43,856 nt of DNA from Acidobacteriota bacterium (lineage in GTDB: Bacteria; Acidobacteriota; Terriglobia; Acidiferrales; UBA7541), in assembly GCA_003224105.1 (NCBI GenBank), contig QHYL01000409.1, positions 1 to 43,856 of the forward strand, written 5' to 3'. This document shows, piece after piece, positions 34,045 through 42,591 of the stretch. Made by a program: the position numbers and the translations under genes. Position 1 is the first letter of the stretch, and every line of letters begins with the position of its first letter. The notes under the pieces were generated by a model that saw nothing but the letters and a program-made list of their open reading frames with translations, searched no databases and was not told where the DNA came from.

Positions 34045-36015
34045 CTAAATGTTGGCAAACTCGGCCGTGCTCTTGCCAAGAGTTGCACCACAAAGGGATA
34101 GACCGCGCACGCTCGGAGTCGTCGATTGGATAGTAGTCCGCTTTTCCACAAAATTGCGGTGCCAGAGCTCGAAGATTAGCAGGTGCCAGAGTTCCCAAGA
34201 GCGATCTCGAATTCGTTTGCGGTGCTCATTCAGCAGTTGTCGAACTCCACTCTCGTCAAAATATCCCCGCCACATCGTTCTCTGTTCCAACAGAATGTCG
34301 AGCAGAGCAGGGGCGGGATTATCTCGGAACCAGTGGAGAAGCGGCATTGCAAAACCCTGCTTGGGGCGGTAAAGCACTTTCTTGGGGATGTTCAGCCGCT
34401 CCGCCAGCTTCTTCAACACGTATTTGAGCTCTCCGAATCGCGACTTCCACCGTGGCGAGAGCATGGCGGCCCACTCGGCCAAAGAATGGTCCAGAAAGGG
34501 CGCCCTGACCTCCAGCGAATTTGCCATGCTCATACGGTCTACCTTAGTCAGTATGTCGCCCGGCAAATAAGTTTTTGCATCGAGATACTGCACTTCACTC
34601 AGCGGGTCCGAGGCCGGCCCATCTTCCAAAAACTGCATAAACGAATCGTAAGGTGACGGTTGTTTGTCGGCCCAAACCAGGAAATCTTTGGAAAAGATAT
34701 TCTTCTCCCGGTCGCCCGTGGGCAGTAGCGATATTCCATCTAAATACCGTTCCCGTGGAGGCAGAGAAAGGTTGTAGACAAACCGGCGTCCGCGCCAGTT
34801 GGGCGGAATGAGGGGGTGTACGCGCTTTCGGTACCACTGTCCCATTCCGAAAGGGAATAACCGGATTCCCCGTCGGTCTAGATAAGAACCGTAGCGCTCA
34901 TATCCGGCGAAAAGCTCATCGCCTCCATCCCCAGCCAGCGCCACCGTGACGTGTTGCCTCGCCAAGCGGCACACATGGTAGGTAGGCACGATGGAAGCGT
35001 CGCCGAAGGGTTCTTCCAGGGAGCTAGTCAATAGATGTACAGTTTCCTCGATGTCCGGCTCAACGTACAGTTCATGGTGGTCAGTCCCGAATTCCCGCGC
35101 GACCGCTCGGGCATGATCGCTCTCATTGAAGTCCGCATGTGGGAAACCGATGGAAAACGTCTTGACGGGGCGCGAACTGAACCGCGCCATCATCGCCACC
35201 ACAATCGAGGAATCAACACCTCCGCTTAACAGCGCCCCAAGTGGAACATCGCTGATCAGCCGTATCCGGACCGCTTCCGCCATCCTATGTTCGAGTTCTT
35301 CAAGACATTGCTCTTCGGATTCGGGATCATAGGTTCCGTAAGCGGGTAAGTCCCAGTATTTGCGGATTTGGATTTGCCCGTTTGAGAATTCGAGATAATG
35401 TCCGGGTGGCAGCTTCTTGATGCGTTTGAAGGATGTGTCAGGATCAGGGATATAGCCAAAGTGGAAGAAGCTCAGCAATCCTTGCGGCGCAATTTCGGCC
35501 AGCCCGGGTGCAATTGCTAAGATGGCTTTGATCTCCGAGCCAAATAGCAGCCTGCGGCCGTCCATAGCGTAGTACAACGGTTTCTTCCCGAAGCGATCGC
35601 GCGCAAGGAGCAACTTTTCCTTTCGTTGATCCCAGAGTGCCAGCGCGAACATTCCGCGCAGATGTTTCACGCACTCCGCCCCATATTCTTCATACAAATG
35701 GACAATTACTTCCGTGTCTGAGTTGGTGTAGAAGCGGTGGCCGCGCGCTTCAAGCTCGGGGCGAAGTTCAGGGAAGTTGTAGATTTCGCCATTAAAAACA
35801 ACCCAAAGATTCTCCTCTTCGTTGTGAATGGGCTGATGCCCCGTGGACAAATCAATGATGCTAAGCCGCCGCATGCCTAGGCCCAAGCGGCCATGCACAT
35901 AGATTCCTTCATCGTCCGGGCCACGGTGCACGATGGTCTGGCACATTTGGTGGACATCCGCCGCTTCGGCGGAGTAACCCGGCTCAGTGCCTATCATGCC
36001 TGCTATGCCACACAT
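34045..36015 (-). CDS. asnB: Asparagine synthase-like amidotransferase, copy 1
   Basis: MCGIAG, HRGPD, FNGEIYN, RDRFGKKPLYY, LSGGVDSS, GDGGDE, KVDRMSMANSLEVRAPFLD, RPKQGF. Confidence 0.95.
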   Translation of the reverse strand: MCGIAGMIGTEPGYSAEAADVHQMCQTIVHRGPDDEGIYVHGRLGLGMRRLSIIDLSTGHQPIHNEEENLWVVFNGEIYNFPELRPELEARGHRFYTNSDTEVIVHLYEEYGAECVKHLRGMFALALWDQRKEKLLLARDRFGKKPLYYAMDGRRLLFGSEIKAILAIAPGLAEIAPQGLLSFFHFGYIPDPDTSFKRIKKLPPGHYLEFSNGQIQIRKYWDLPAYGTYDPESEEQCLEELEHRMAEAVRIRLISDVPLGALLSGGVDSSIVVAMMARFSSRPVKTFSIGFPHADFNESDHARAVAREFGTDHHELYVEPDIEETVHLLTSSLEEPFGDASIVPTYHVCRLARQHVTVALAGDGGDELFAGYERYGSYLDRRGIRLFPFGMGQWYRKRVHPLIPPNWRGRRFVYNLSLPPRERYLDGISLLPTGDREKNIFSKDFLVWADKQPSPYDSFMQFLEDGPASDPLSEVQYLDAKTYLPGDILTKVDRMSMANSLEVRAPFLDHSLAEWAAMLSPRWKSRFGELKYVLKKLAERLNIPKKVLYRPKQGFAMPLLHWFRDNPAPALLDILLEQRTMWRGYFDESGVRQLLNEHRKRIRDRSWELWHLLIFELWHRNFVEKRTTIQSTTPSVRGLSLCGATLGKSTAEFANI

Positions 36016-36104
36016 AAATCCTGCCCGTCTAGAGTCACTTCGACCAACCCATAAAAGAAACAGCGCGGTTCGGAAACTCCAAGCAGATGGTCTGGGTCCT
36101 CTGA

Positions 36105-36668
36105 TTAGGAGCTAAGAGCGGAAGAGCTTAGAGCAGTGGTTCTTCCCGATTGCTGTAAGACCGAAGTCACCCAAGCGCCGTCAACTTCTACTGCAACAGA
36201 CCGCTGAAGCAGGGAAACCGACAATACCAACCGGTAACGTCCCTTGAAATTTAACAGGACTCCTTCCAGGCCGCAGAGGGGACCTGCTTCCACCCTGACT
36301 TTTTGTCCTACCTTTAGAAACGGCCAGGGATGCCTGGGTATGCCTGTCCTTACCGTGGTTTGGAGAGCGACGACTTCCTCTTCGTCCACCGGAATCGGCG
36401 TTTTTCCAATTCCTACGATCTGGATGACTCCAGGGGTCGTAAGAATGGGGAGACGATCCAGCAGATTGAATCGGCAAAACAAGTAACCAGGGAAGAGCGG
36501 GACATCAAATTCCTGCATACGATCAGACCAGCGCCGCTTACATTGATAGAAGGGCAGGAAAACCTCGTAGCCCCGGCCACTCAACTGCTTGGCGGCGAGA
36601 TTCTCGTACCGCGTCCTGGTTTGGACTGCAAACCACGGATGGGTTTGATCTGTGTAAGTCACGTTCAT
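36105..36668 (-). CDS. NusG-paralogue transcription antiterminator (UpxY/RfaH/LoaP-like)
   Basis: WFAVQT...YEVFLP...WSDR...PLFPGYLF NGN domain; GQKVRVEAGPLCGLEG KOW motif. Confidence 0.93.
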   Translation of the reverse strand: MNVTYTDQTHPWFAVQTRTRYENLAAKQLSGRGYEVFLPFYQCKRRWSDRMQEFDVPLFPGYLFCRFNLLDRLPILTTPGVIQIVGIGKTPIPVDEEEVVALQTTVRTGIPRHPWPFLKVGQKVRVEAGPLCGLEGVLLNFKGRYRLVLSVSLLQRSVAVEVDGAWVTSVLQQSGRTTALSSSALSS

Positions 36669-36720
36669 CGCCCGTAAAAGTCTCAGCTATTTTCCATTAC
36701 TAACCACTCAGTAAGCCAGA

Positions 36721-36732
36721 CAAACTACCGCC
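36721..36732 (-). promoter_or_regulatory. ops-like element GGCGGTAGTTTG
   Basis: Exact fit to the RfaH ops consensus GGCGGTAGnnTG on the non-template strand, intergenic, about 53 nt upstream of the NusG-paralogue ATG. Confidence 0.7.
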
Positions 36733-36789
36733 ATGAGAGTCCCAAACGCTGACTCCGGGAAAAATCTGCTAGGTGTTTCGCGCAGAGTG

Positions 36790-36814
36790 CTGCCCACCGC
36801 TACAGGTTGGGCAG
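36790..36814 (-). other. Stem-loop just downstream of the kinase stop codon
   Basis: CTGCCCA...TGGGCAG 7-bp stem; no U-tract follows, so not a clear intrinsic terminator. Confidence 0.4.
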
Positions 36815-36822
36815 TTTGGACA

Positions 36823-37725
36823 TCACTTCTTGTCCATTCCGAATCCGGCATAATACGAATAGCCACCGTAATTCGTACCTTCGTTCGCGCCGTTCAGCAC
36901 GACGCCAAGAAGATTGTTCCCGCGAAACTCTTGTAAAGTCGTCTTGACCAAGTCGTGGGCCGTCTCGCCTGCCTGGACCACTACAAGCACCCCGTCGCAA
37001 AATTCTGCAATGATGCTGGGGTCCGCCACTGCCAAAACGGGCGGCGCATCTATAATCACCCAGTCGAAAATGGGGCTCATTCCATCAAGAAAGCGTTTTA
37101 GTGTTCCGTTTGCGAGTAGCTCTGAAGGGTTCGGCGCCGACCTGCCTGCCGGAACAAGGAAAAGCTCTACCTTTGGATCCGCCTGGAGAATCGAAAATTC
37201 ATCGGCTCGGCCGCTGAGATAGTCACTCAAGCCCGGCGCAGAAGGCGCTCCAAGCCGCACGTGGAGCCTTGATGCACGCAAGTCAGCATCGATGAGCAAC
37301 GCGCGCCTTTCATGCTGACGCGCAATCGCCAGCGCGAGATTGAGAGCTACAAAGGTTTTTCCCTCGCCGGGTAGCGTGCTGGTTACAAGCAGCGTTCGAA
37401 TCGGGCTCTTCTCGCGAAGCCGGTACAGACGCGAGCGCAGCGTGCGAAACTGCTCCGCGCATAAAGCGGAAGATTGCTGTGTTGAAAAAACGTCGTAGTC
37501 CGGATTCAGTCTCCAACCCGGCTTGATGCACCTTTGCCGCAACTCTTCGAGCCGCAGGCAACGCCCCGTTGCGGGCATTTCTCCCCGCCGGGGCGAATGC
37601 AAAACTCCCGAAGCCGCCGCAACCTCACTTTCACCGACATAGTTGAGCGGAGTCGGATCTGTAGGCCGCCAAGCGGGCGGCTTTTGTTCCTCTGCCTTTT
37701 TCAACGCCTCATGAATACGGCTCAT
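36823..37725 (-). CDS. CpsD/CapB family tyrosine-protein kinase (cytoplasmic half of a split Wzc)
   Basis: EQFRTLR, TSTLPGEGKT (Walker A), LLIDADLR (A'), VIIDAPP (B), C-terminal Tyr cluster NYGGYSYY. Confidence 0.95.
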   Translation of the reverse strand: MSRIHEALKKAEEQKPPAWRPTDPTPLNYVGESEVAAASGVLHSPRRGEMPATGRCLRLEELRQRCIKPGWRLNPDYDVFSTQQSSALCAEQFRTLRSRLYRLREKSPIRTLLVTSTLPGEGKTFVALNLALAIARQHERRALLIDADLRASRLHVRLGAPSAPGLSDYLSGRADEFSILQADPKVELFLVPAGRSAPNPSELLANGTLKRFLDGMSPIFDWVIIDAPPVLAVADPSIIAEFCDGVLVVVQAGETAHDLVKTTLQEFRGNNLLGVVLNGANEGTNYGGYSYYAGFGMDKK

Positions 37726-38672
37726 AGTTTCCCCTCAGACCCGACGGGTAGGGAAGCAGGCTGACGCATTCGTTCCAGAACGCTGGATAAATCGCGCAAC
37801 ACTTTTTCAACTGACGTCAAATTGTCCTGATGCGCGCTTAGCGGCGTCGTGCGCACGGTATTAATGTCCATCTCGAATTCGCGCGCGACTCCTTCAATGT
37901 GCTCAGGAGTAACGGTCTTTTGCTGATCTGCGAAACAGTTGATCAAGGCATGCTCGCAGAGCACGTTGATGACGCGCGGAATTCCTCTTGCATGCCGGTA
38001 AATACTTTCGACCGCTTCCGGAGAGAACAGCGGCCCGTTGCTTGCTCCCGCAATTCGCAAGCGCTCTGCGATGTAACCTTGCGTTTCCTCCACCGACAAA
38101 GGGCTCGTCTTGCATCGCACGGTGATCCGCTGCCGAAGCTGCCTCAAGTGAGGCTGCCGCAACTTTTCTTCAAGCTCGGGCTGGCCCGAAAGGACAACTT
38201 GCAGGAGTTTTTCCGTAGACGTTTCGAGATTCGTGAGAAACCGGATTTCTTCCAATACCTCGTCGGAAAGGCTCTGTGCCTCATCTACGATGAGCACCGC
38301 CGTTTGTCCGCTGCTGTACCGGTCCAATAGCCAGCGATTGAGGCGCATCAGAATCTCGCTCTTCGAATGTGACTCGCAGGGAATCCCGAGGTCCGCCATC
38401 AGGCATTCGAACAATTCGGAAGTAGTCAGGTGCGTATTGAAAATGAATGCCGTTGCCGCCCGGTTCTGACGAAGCCAATCGAGCACCATGTTTAGCAGAG
38501 TCGTCTTACCCGTGCCCACTTCGCCGGTCAGGAGGATGATGCCCCTCCGGCCGCGTATCCCATAGGCCAGACTGGCCAATGCTTCTTGAATTCCCGGCGT
38601 CAGGAACAAATACCGGGGATCCGGATTGACCTTGAAAGGGCTCTCTCGCAAGCCAAAAAACTTCTTATACAT
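37722..38672 (-). CDS. ExeA/GspA-like AAA ATPase (PEP-CTERM EPS locus-type)
   Basis: MYKKFFGLRESPF..NPDP, LTGEVGTGKTT, LIVDEAQ, LSGQPEL, LRQLRQRI, GIPRVINVLC. Confidence 0.93.
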   Translation of the reverse strand: MYKKFFGLRESPFKVNPDPRYLFLTPGIQEALASLAYGIRGRRGIILLTGEVGTGKTTLLNMVLDWLRQNRAATAFIFNTHLTTSELFECLMADLGIPCESHSKSEILMRLNRWLLDRYSSGQTAVLIVDEAQSLSDEVLEEIRFLTNLETSTEKLLQVVLSGQPELEEKLRQPHLRQLRQRITVRCKTSPLSVEETQGYIAERLRIAGASNGPLFSPEAVESIYRHARGIPRVINVLCEHALINCFADQQKTVTPEHIEGVAREFEMDINTVRTTPLSAHQDNLTSVEKVLRDLSSVLERMRQPASLPVGSEGKL

Positions 38673-40200
38673 TTCTCTCTTTCCACGACGAAGCAGTCAA
38701 ACTCAATTCGGGCCGCCTTCTGGCGTTTCCCAAACTACGAACCTTCCTTCCATTCCCGGTATGAGAGATCACCGCCAGCGTTTGGACTCCCAGGTAAGTC
38801 TCAACGTCCTGCCGGGTTCGGATGGACTTATCCCGAACCTCCGAAAGATGAACAATGCCAACTCCCAGCGCCAGTCCCGCGCAGAGTCCGCCCAGGGTGA
38901 AAAGCTGGCGATTCGGGAAGGAAGGCGTCTCTGGCAAGCTCGCCGGATCTAGCACCCGAAACTTTTCCGCTTGCTGCCCGTTTTCCAGCTCGGTGGCCAT
39001 TTGAGACTCATTCCGCCTCTTAAGCAGGTCGTTGTAGAAATTGCGCGCGGTTTCATAGTCGCGGGTCAGGCCTTGAAATTCCTGTTGGGCTCCTGGGCTT
39101 GCCTCAATCTTGCCCTGAAGCACGCGGATCTCTCGTTGCAGGTCCTCCTGCTGTTTTGTTTTCTGGCTGATAATTAGTTCCTGCTGGTGAAGCTGCGCGC
39201 GATAGTGCTGTATCTCCGGAGTCTCGATAACCGGAATCACTGGCTTTTTCTCTGCGGCGCTCAGATCCTTTGGAGGAGTCGCTTCCATTTGCTTTTCCAG
39301 TTGTGCAATCGCTTGTTTGGCCTTTATGACGCTTGGATGTTTATCTGTATAGCTTCTTTGGAGCACCGCAAGTTGATTCCTTAAGTCCTGCAGCTGTTGT
39401 TCGAGGGTTTGCGCGCTCTGACCGCTGGAACTTGTTTTTAATACTGCGAGTTGCTGGTTCAGCATCGATTCCAAAAAAGTTTTCTCTTGCCTGGCTTGAT
39501 TCAGGCCCTGTGTTGCGGCATCGAGCTGGGAGGTCAGGCCGGTCAGCAAAGTGAGATTGGTCCTTTCATCGTCAGGCAGCTCTCCCATGTGTTGCTTTTT
39601 AAATGCAGCTACTCTAGCGTCCTGCTCATCGAGTTTGGTTTTGGCTTCCTCCAGTTGTATGGCCAAAAACTCTGTTGTTTCCTCAGTCTGCTTCTGGCGC
39701 TGGTGGATATTTTGATTTCTGAACATGGAGCTGATTTCATTGCAGATCTGCTGGGCCAAGCGAGGATCGCCGAGTGTCACGTCCACTGTGAAGCCCGGCA
39801 GGTCGTGGGACGATGTCCCAGGCATCGGGTTTAGGGGTGCTACTTTGATTGATTTTCTCAACCGCCCGATCATTACTTCCAGGGCCACTTTGCCCGTGTC
39901 TTTCTTGTAAGGGTTGAATTGCTCTACGAGGTCCTGGAGTCTCGTGCGGCTCAAGATTTCTCCCTGCATGCTTGCTAGCCGCTGGTTCACGTCTTCAGTT
40001 ACGACTGGTTTCACATATCCTTCCGGAACCACTGGTTCTTCCACCAGCACCATGGTGTGCGACGTGTACTGCGCCGGAATCAGTACGGACGAAAGGAAGC
40101 CCCCTGTGCCCCCCAGTACCGCCATCGTGAGAAGCAACCACTTCCGCCGAAGCAGAAGCGTCAAGTACTCCTCCACACCCATCTGCCGATGAACTTCCAC
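38665..40200 (-). CDS. Polysaccharide chain-length determinant (Wzz/GumC; periplasmic half of a split Wzc)
   Basis: Two TM helices flanking a coiled coil; ILSRTRL, YTDKHPSV, RVLDPASLPETPSFPNR; GTG start with GAGG RBS. Confidence 0.92.
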   Translation of the reverse strand: MEVHRQMGVEEYLTLLLRRKWLLLTMAVLGGTGGFLSSVLIPAQYTSHTMVLVEEPVVPEGYVKPVVTEDVNQRLASMQGEILSRTRLQDLVEQFNPYKKDTGKVALEVMIGRLRKSIKVAPLNPMPGTSSHDLPGFTVDVTLGDPRLAQQICNEISSMFRNQNIHQRQKQTEETTEFLAIQLEEAKTKLDEQDARVAAFKKQHMGELPDDERTNLTLLTGLTSQLDAATQGLNQARQEKTFLESMLNQQLAVLKTSSSGQSAQTLEQQLQDLRNQLAVLQRSYTDKHPSVIKAKQAIAQLEKQMEATPPKDLSAAEKKPVIPVIETPEIQHYRAQLHQQELIISQKTKQQEDLQREIRVLQGKIEASPGAQQEFQGLTRDYETARNFYNDLLKRRNESQMATELENGQQAEKFRVLDPASLPETPSFPNRQLFTLGGLCAGLALGVGIVHLSEVRDKSIRTRQDVETYLGVQTLAVISHTGNGRKVRSLGNARRRPELSLTASSWKERNV

Positions 40201-40555
40201 TTCTTACCTCACTCTCCTGCTTCTCACACCGTCGCTCGTGGCTGGACGCACGAACCACTGGCTGCCGGCGCTCGACAAACTACTGGCGGAAACAAGTATT
40301 TCCGGCACGGCACCGCCAGGCACAAGCGGATGTCTAAATGTTGACCTGCTTCCGGTCGAACAGTTCCCCGGATTCTGCTTGAGCCCTCCTCAGGAGGGCT
40401 CGCACTTGGAGGGCAGAGTAATGAACGATGACTCTGCGAACAATCAGGCACGTTCCCCATCCGGATATGTGCAAACACCTGAACCACGCCTAAAGGGAAT
40501 CCCCCCAATTTGCTTATGGTCGTCCACGTCATGGATTTGCCCCCGCATCCTTGCT
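40201..40555 (-). promoter_or_regulatory. Structured 355-nt intergenic leader with hairpins and an ops-like variant
   Basis: GAGCCCTCCT-C-AGGAGGGCTC (40381-40401), GCAGAGT/ACTCTGC (40413-40437), CGGAAA/TTTCCG (40287-40304), GCCAGTAGTTTG (40287-40276, minus strand). Confidence 0.5.
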
Positions 40556-41902
40556 TTAAAACACGAAGTCACGGGTGCGGTAAAAAATTCCGAGCGTAAA
40601 GCGGTTCCTGTCCGCATTTAATGCAAACGGCACGAACTGGTTTGTGCGTTGGCGCAAATAATCGTATCCAACATGTATGCTCAGGGTTTGCACAATCGCG
40701 TGTTCAATGGCCATACCGGCCGCTTGCGTATCCACTACGCCTTTCCCCGAGGGTCCTTGCAGGGCGACTGACCTTGCGTTCGATGCGGTTAGAGCCACGT
40801 CCCATCTCGCCGCGAATCGCTGGCGGACCTCCGCCCCTTCGTAAGAAGTCGTAACCGCCGCCAGCAGTCCTCCCCCATCCGCCACCAACCGTTGTCCGGT
40901 CAATCGAAAAACTGTCTGATTGGAGCGGAATGTCACCGATCCGCCGCCTCCTGGGTTCCATTGCAGGGTTCGCAGAGTGACAGTGGTGTTTCCAGGCTGC
41001 AAAGGATTTGTAGAGGGAACCTGGAATTGCCCTAGGGAGTCGGCGTTCTCCGCTCCTCCGTAAATGCTAAACGTGACATACGGGCTAGCTTCCCATAGCA
41101 GCTTCAAATATCCACCTTGCGTCCTCGTGTGAAAAACCGGGCTGAAACGAAAGTTCTCGAATCGGTATTCCAAACTAGTGGTAAGATGCTTGGTCATCCG
41201 GTAGTTGTAGCTTCCCGAGCCTGTGTCAGTCTGCGTATTAAAAAGGCTCGTTGCAAAGCTGGGATTTGGATTACCTATGTTTTTGAAGCGCCGGAATCCG
41301 TGTCCACCTGAGAAATCAAGGGAACTGCGGAGACTTGCCTGATATTCAATTTCTCCTGAAGCATCATTGCCAAACTGGCGAGCAAAGGGCGTTATGATCG
41401 TGTTATTCAGACTGGAACCACCGCTGCCGGGAAGGGAAACGTTTCCGTTGGTCTGCGGTTCTAAGATGCCAGTTGCGTAATCCACCGAATCCTTCAATTT
41501 GAAGAGCAGATGGCGGCCGGTATGAAACTCGTTGTCAAAGTCCAGGCGCTGGTCCACCTGATTGAAACCGCTGGCGGTTTTGTAAATCAGCGCGTTGGGA
41601 CGGTAGTCCAGTCCAAGCCTCCAACTCGGTTTCCGGGTCCACAAACTCAGCCGCCCGCCCTCTTCAAACACGTAGTCTCTGATGCGGTGCGCGTTGTCTC
41701 CTAGAATGTTGTCGTCCCAACTCGTCGAACTATGCATTTCCATGGCAAACCCGTTGGTTTCGGGTTCTTCCGCCACATAACGAGAGTTTTTCTCGGGCTC
41801 TTTGGGAGCGGTAGGCTGCTCCTGCCCCAGCACGGTGAGAGGAGTGCCCGTCAGCGTAAGAAAAGCGGCGATTCGGAAAAACGATCTCTTCGAGTGTTCC
41901 AT
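40556..41902 (-). CDS. Outer-membrane beta-barrel protein associated with polysaccharide export
   Basis: Signal peptide, WDDNI near the N-terminus, alternating beta-strand pattern, C-terminal Phe; directly follows wza. Confidence 0.78.
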   Translation of the reverse strand: MEHSKRSFFRIAAFLTLTGTPLTVLGQEQPTAPKEPEKNSRYVAEEPETNGFAMEMHSSTSWDDNILGDNAHRIRDYVFEEGGRLSLWTRKPSWRLGLDYRPNALIYKTASGFNQVDQRLDFDNEFHTGRHLLFKLKDSVDYATGILEPQTNGNVSLPGSGGSSLNNTIITPFARQFGNDASGEIEYQASLRSSLDFSGGHGFRRFKNIGNPNPSFATSLFNTQTDTGSGSYNYRMTKHLTTSLEYRFENFRFSPVFHTRTQGGYLKLLWEASPYVTFSIYGGAENADSLGQFQVPSTNPLQPGNTTVTLRTLQWNPGGGGSVTFRSNQTVFRLTGQRLVADGGGLLAAVTTSYEGAEVRQRFAARWDVALTASNARSVALQGPSGKGVVDTQAAGMAIEHAIVQTLSIHVGYDYLRQRTNQFVPFALNADRNRFTLGIFYRTRDFVF

Positions 41903-41913
41903 GAGCGCAACCC

Positions 41914-42591
41914 CTAGGGAACAATGATGGTGTCCCCAGCCTGTAGCTCGATGTTCTGCGATTCATTCTTTCCTTTAGAAACTTCCTTGTAATTGAAGGG
42001 AAGGCTGATCGTTGTTCCCTCGGCAGTCTTTCTCAAGACATGAATTTTCGTGAGCTTGGCGAAGTCGCGGAATGCTCCAGCCTGCGCCAGGCCGTCCAGC
42101 ACCGTTGTCGCCTTAACCAGTGGAAACGATCCTGGATGTTCCACTTCCCCCATGACGGTGAATTGCCTGCTTTTTATTTCTTCCACCACAACTGTGACTT
42201 CCGCGTCCTTGATGTAGTCATGAAGTTTCGCGGCTATCGTCTCCTGAAGGTTGCCCGGCTTCATTCCACTTGCCTGGACTTCCCCAATCAATGGCATGGT
42301 GATCTTGCCGTCCATGCGCACCGGCACTTTCTGCGAAACTTCCGGTTCGTGAAGCACGTTGATGGCAAGCAGGTCGCCAGGCCCAATGATGTACGACGAA
42401 TTTGCATTCGCCGAGGCTAAGGTTGAGGTTGAAGAACTGGTTGTGGCCGTCGAGGTCTGTTGGCGGAGAACCTTTGCCGGGCGCGAGCTATTTCCTTGGC
42501 CTTTTGCGCCCGCAGCCGCGACGCCAAAGACAACCACTGCCACGATTATGAGTCTCGCGGGATGGGTAGTAGGATAAGAGGGGAAAGTCAT
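41914..42591 (-). CDS. wza: Polysaccharide export protein (short OPX/Wza family)
   Basis: YIIGPGDLLAINV, VRMDGKITMPLIG, VMGEVEHPG (SLBB), LQAGDTIIVP; ATG 42591 with GAGGTGG RBS. Confidence 0.93.
   Translation of the reverse strand: MTFPSYPTTHPARLIIVAVVVFGVAAAGAKGQGNSSRPAKVLRQQTSTATTSSSTSTLASANANSSYIIGPGDLLAINVLHEPEVSQKVPVRMDGKITMPLIGEVQASGMKPGNLQETIAAKLHDYIKDAEVTVVVEEIKSRQFTVMGEVEHPGSFPLVKATTVLDGLAQAGAFRDFAKLTKIHVLRKTAEGTTISLPFNYKEVSKGKNESQNIELQAGDTIIVP

Noticed and set aside
36108-36134. GAGCTAAGAGC/GAGCTTAGAGC repeat
   Set aside because: Small duplication encoding the ALSSSALSS tail of the NusG paralogue; no evident function.
40505-40550. Possible c-di-GMP-I riboswitch (minus strand GGGCAAA-TCCAT...GTGGA)
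   Set aside because: Lacks the GAAA tetraloop, GACGCAAA segment and P3 features; an Rfam scan would settle it.
40224-40621. ORFs of 102 aa (-) and 127 aa (+) in the barrel-wzz gap
   Set aside because: No clear RBS or motifs; they overlap hairpins and neighbouring genes.
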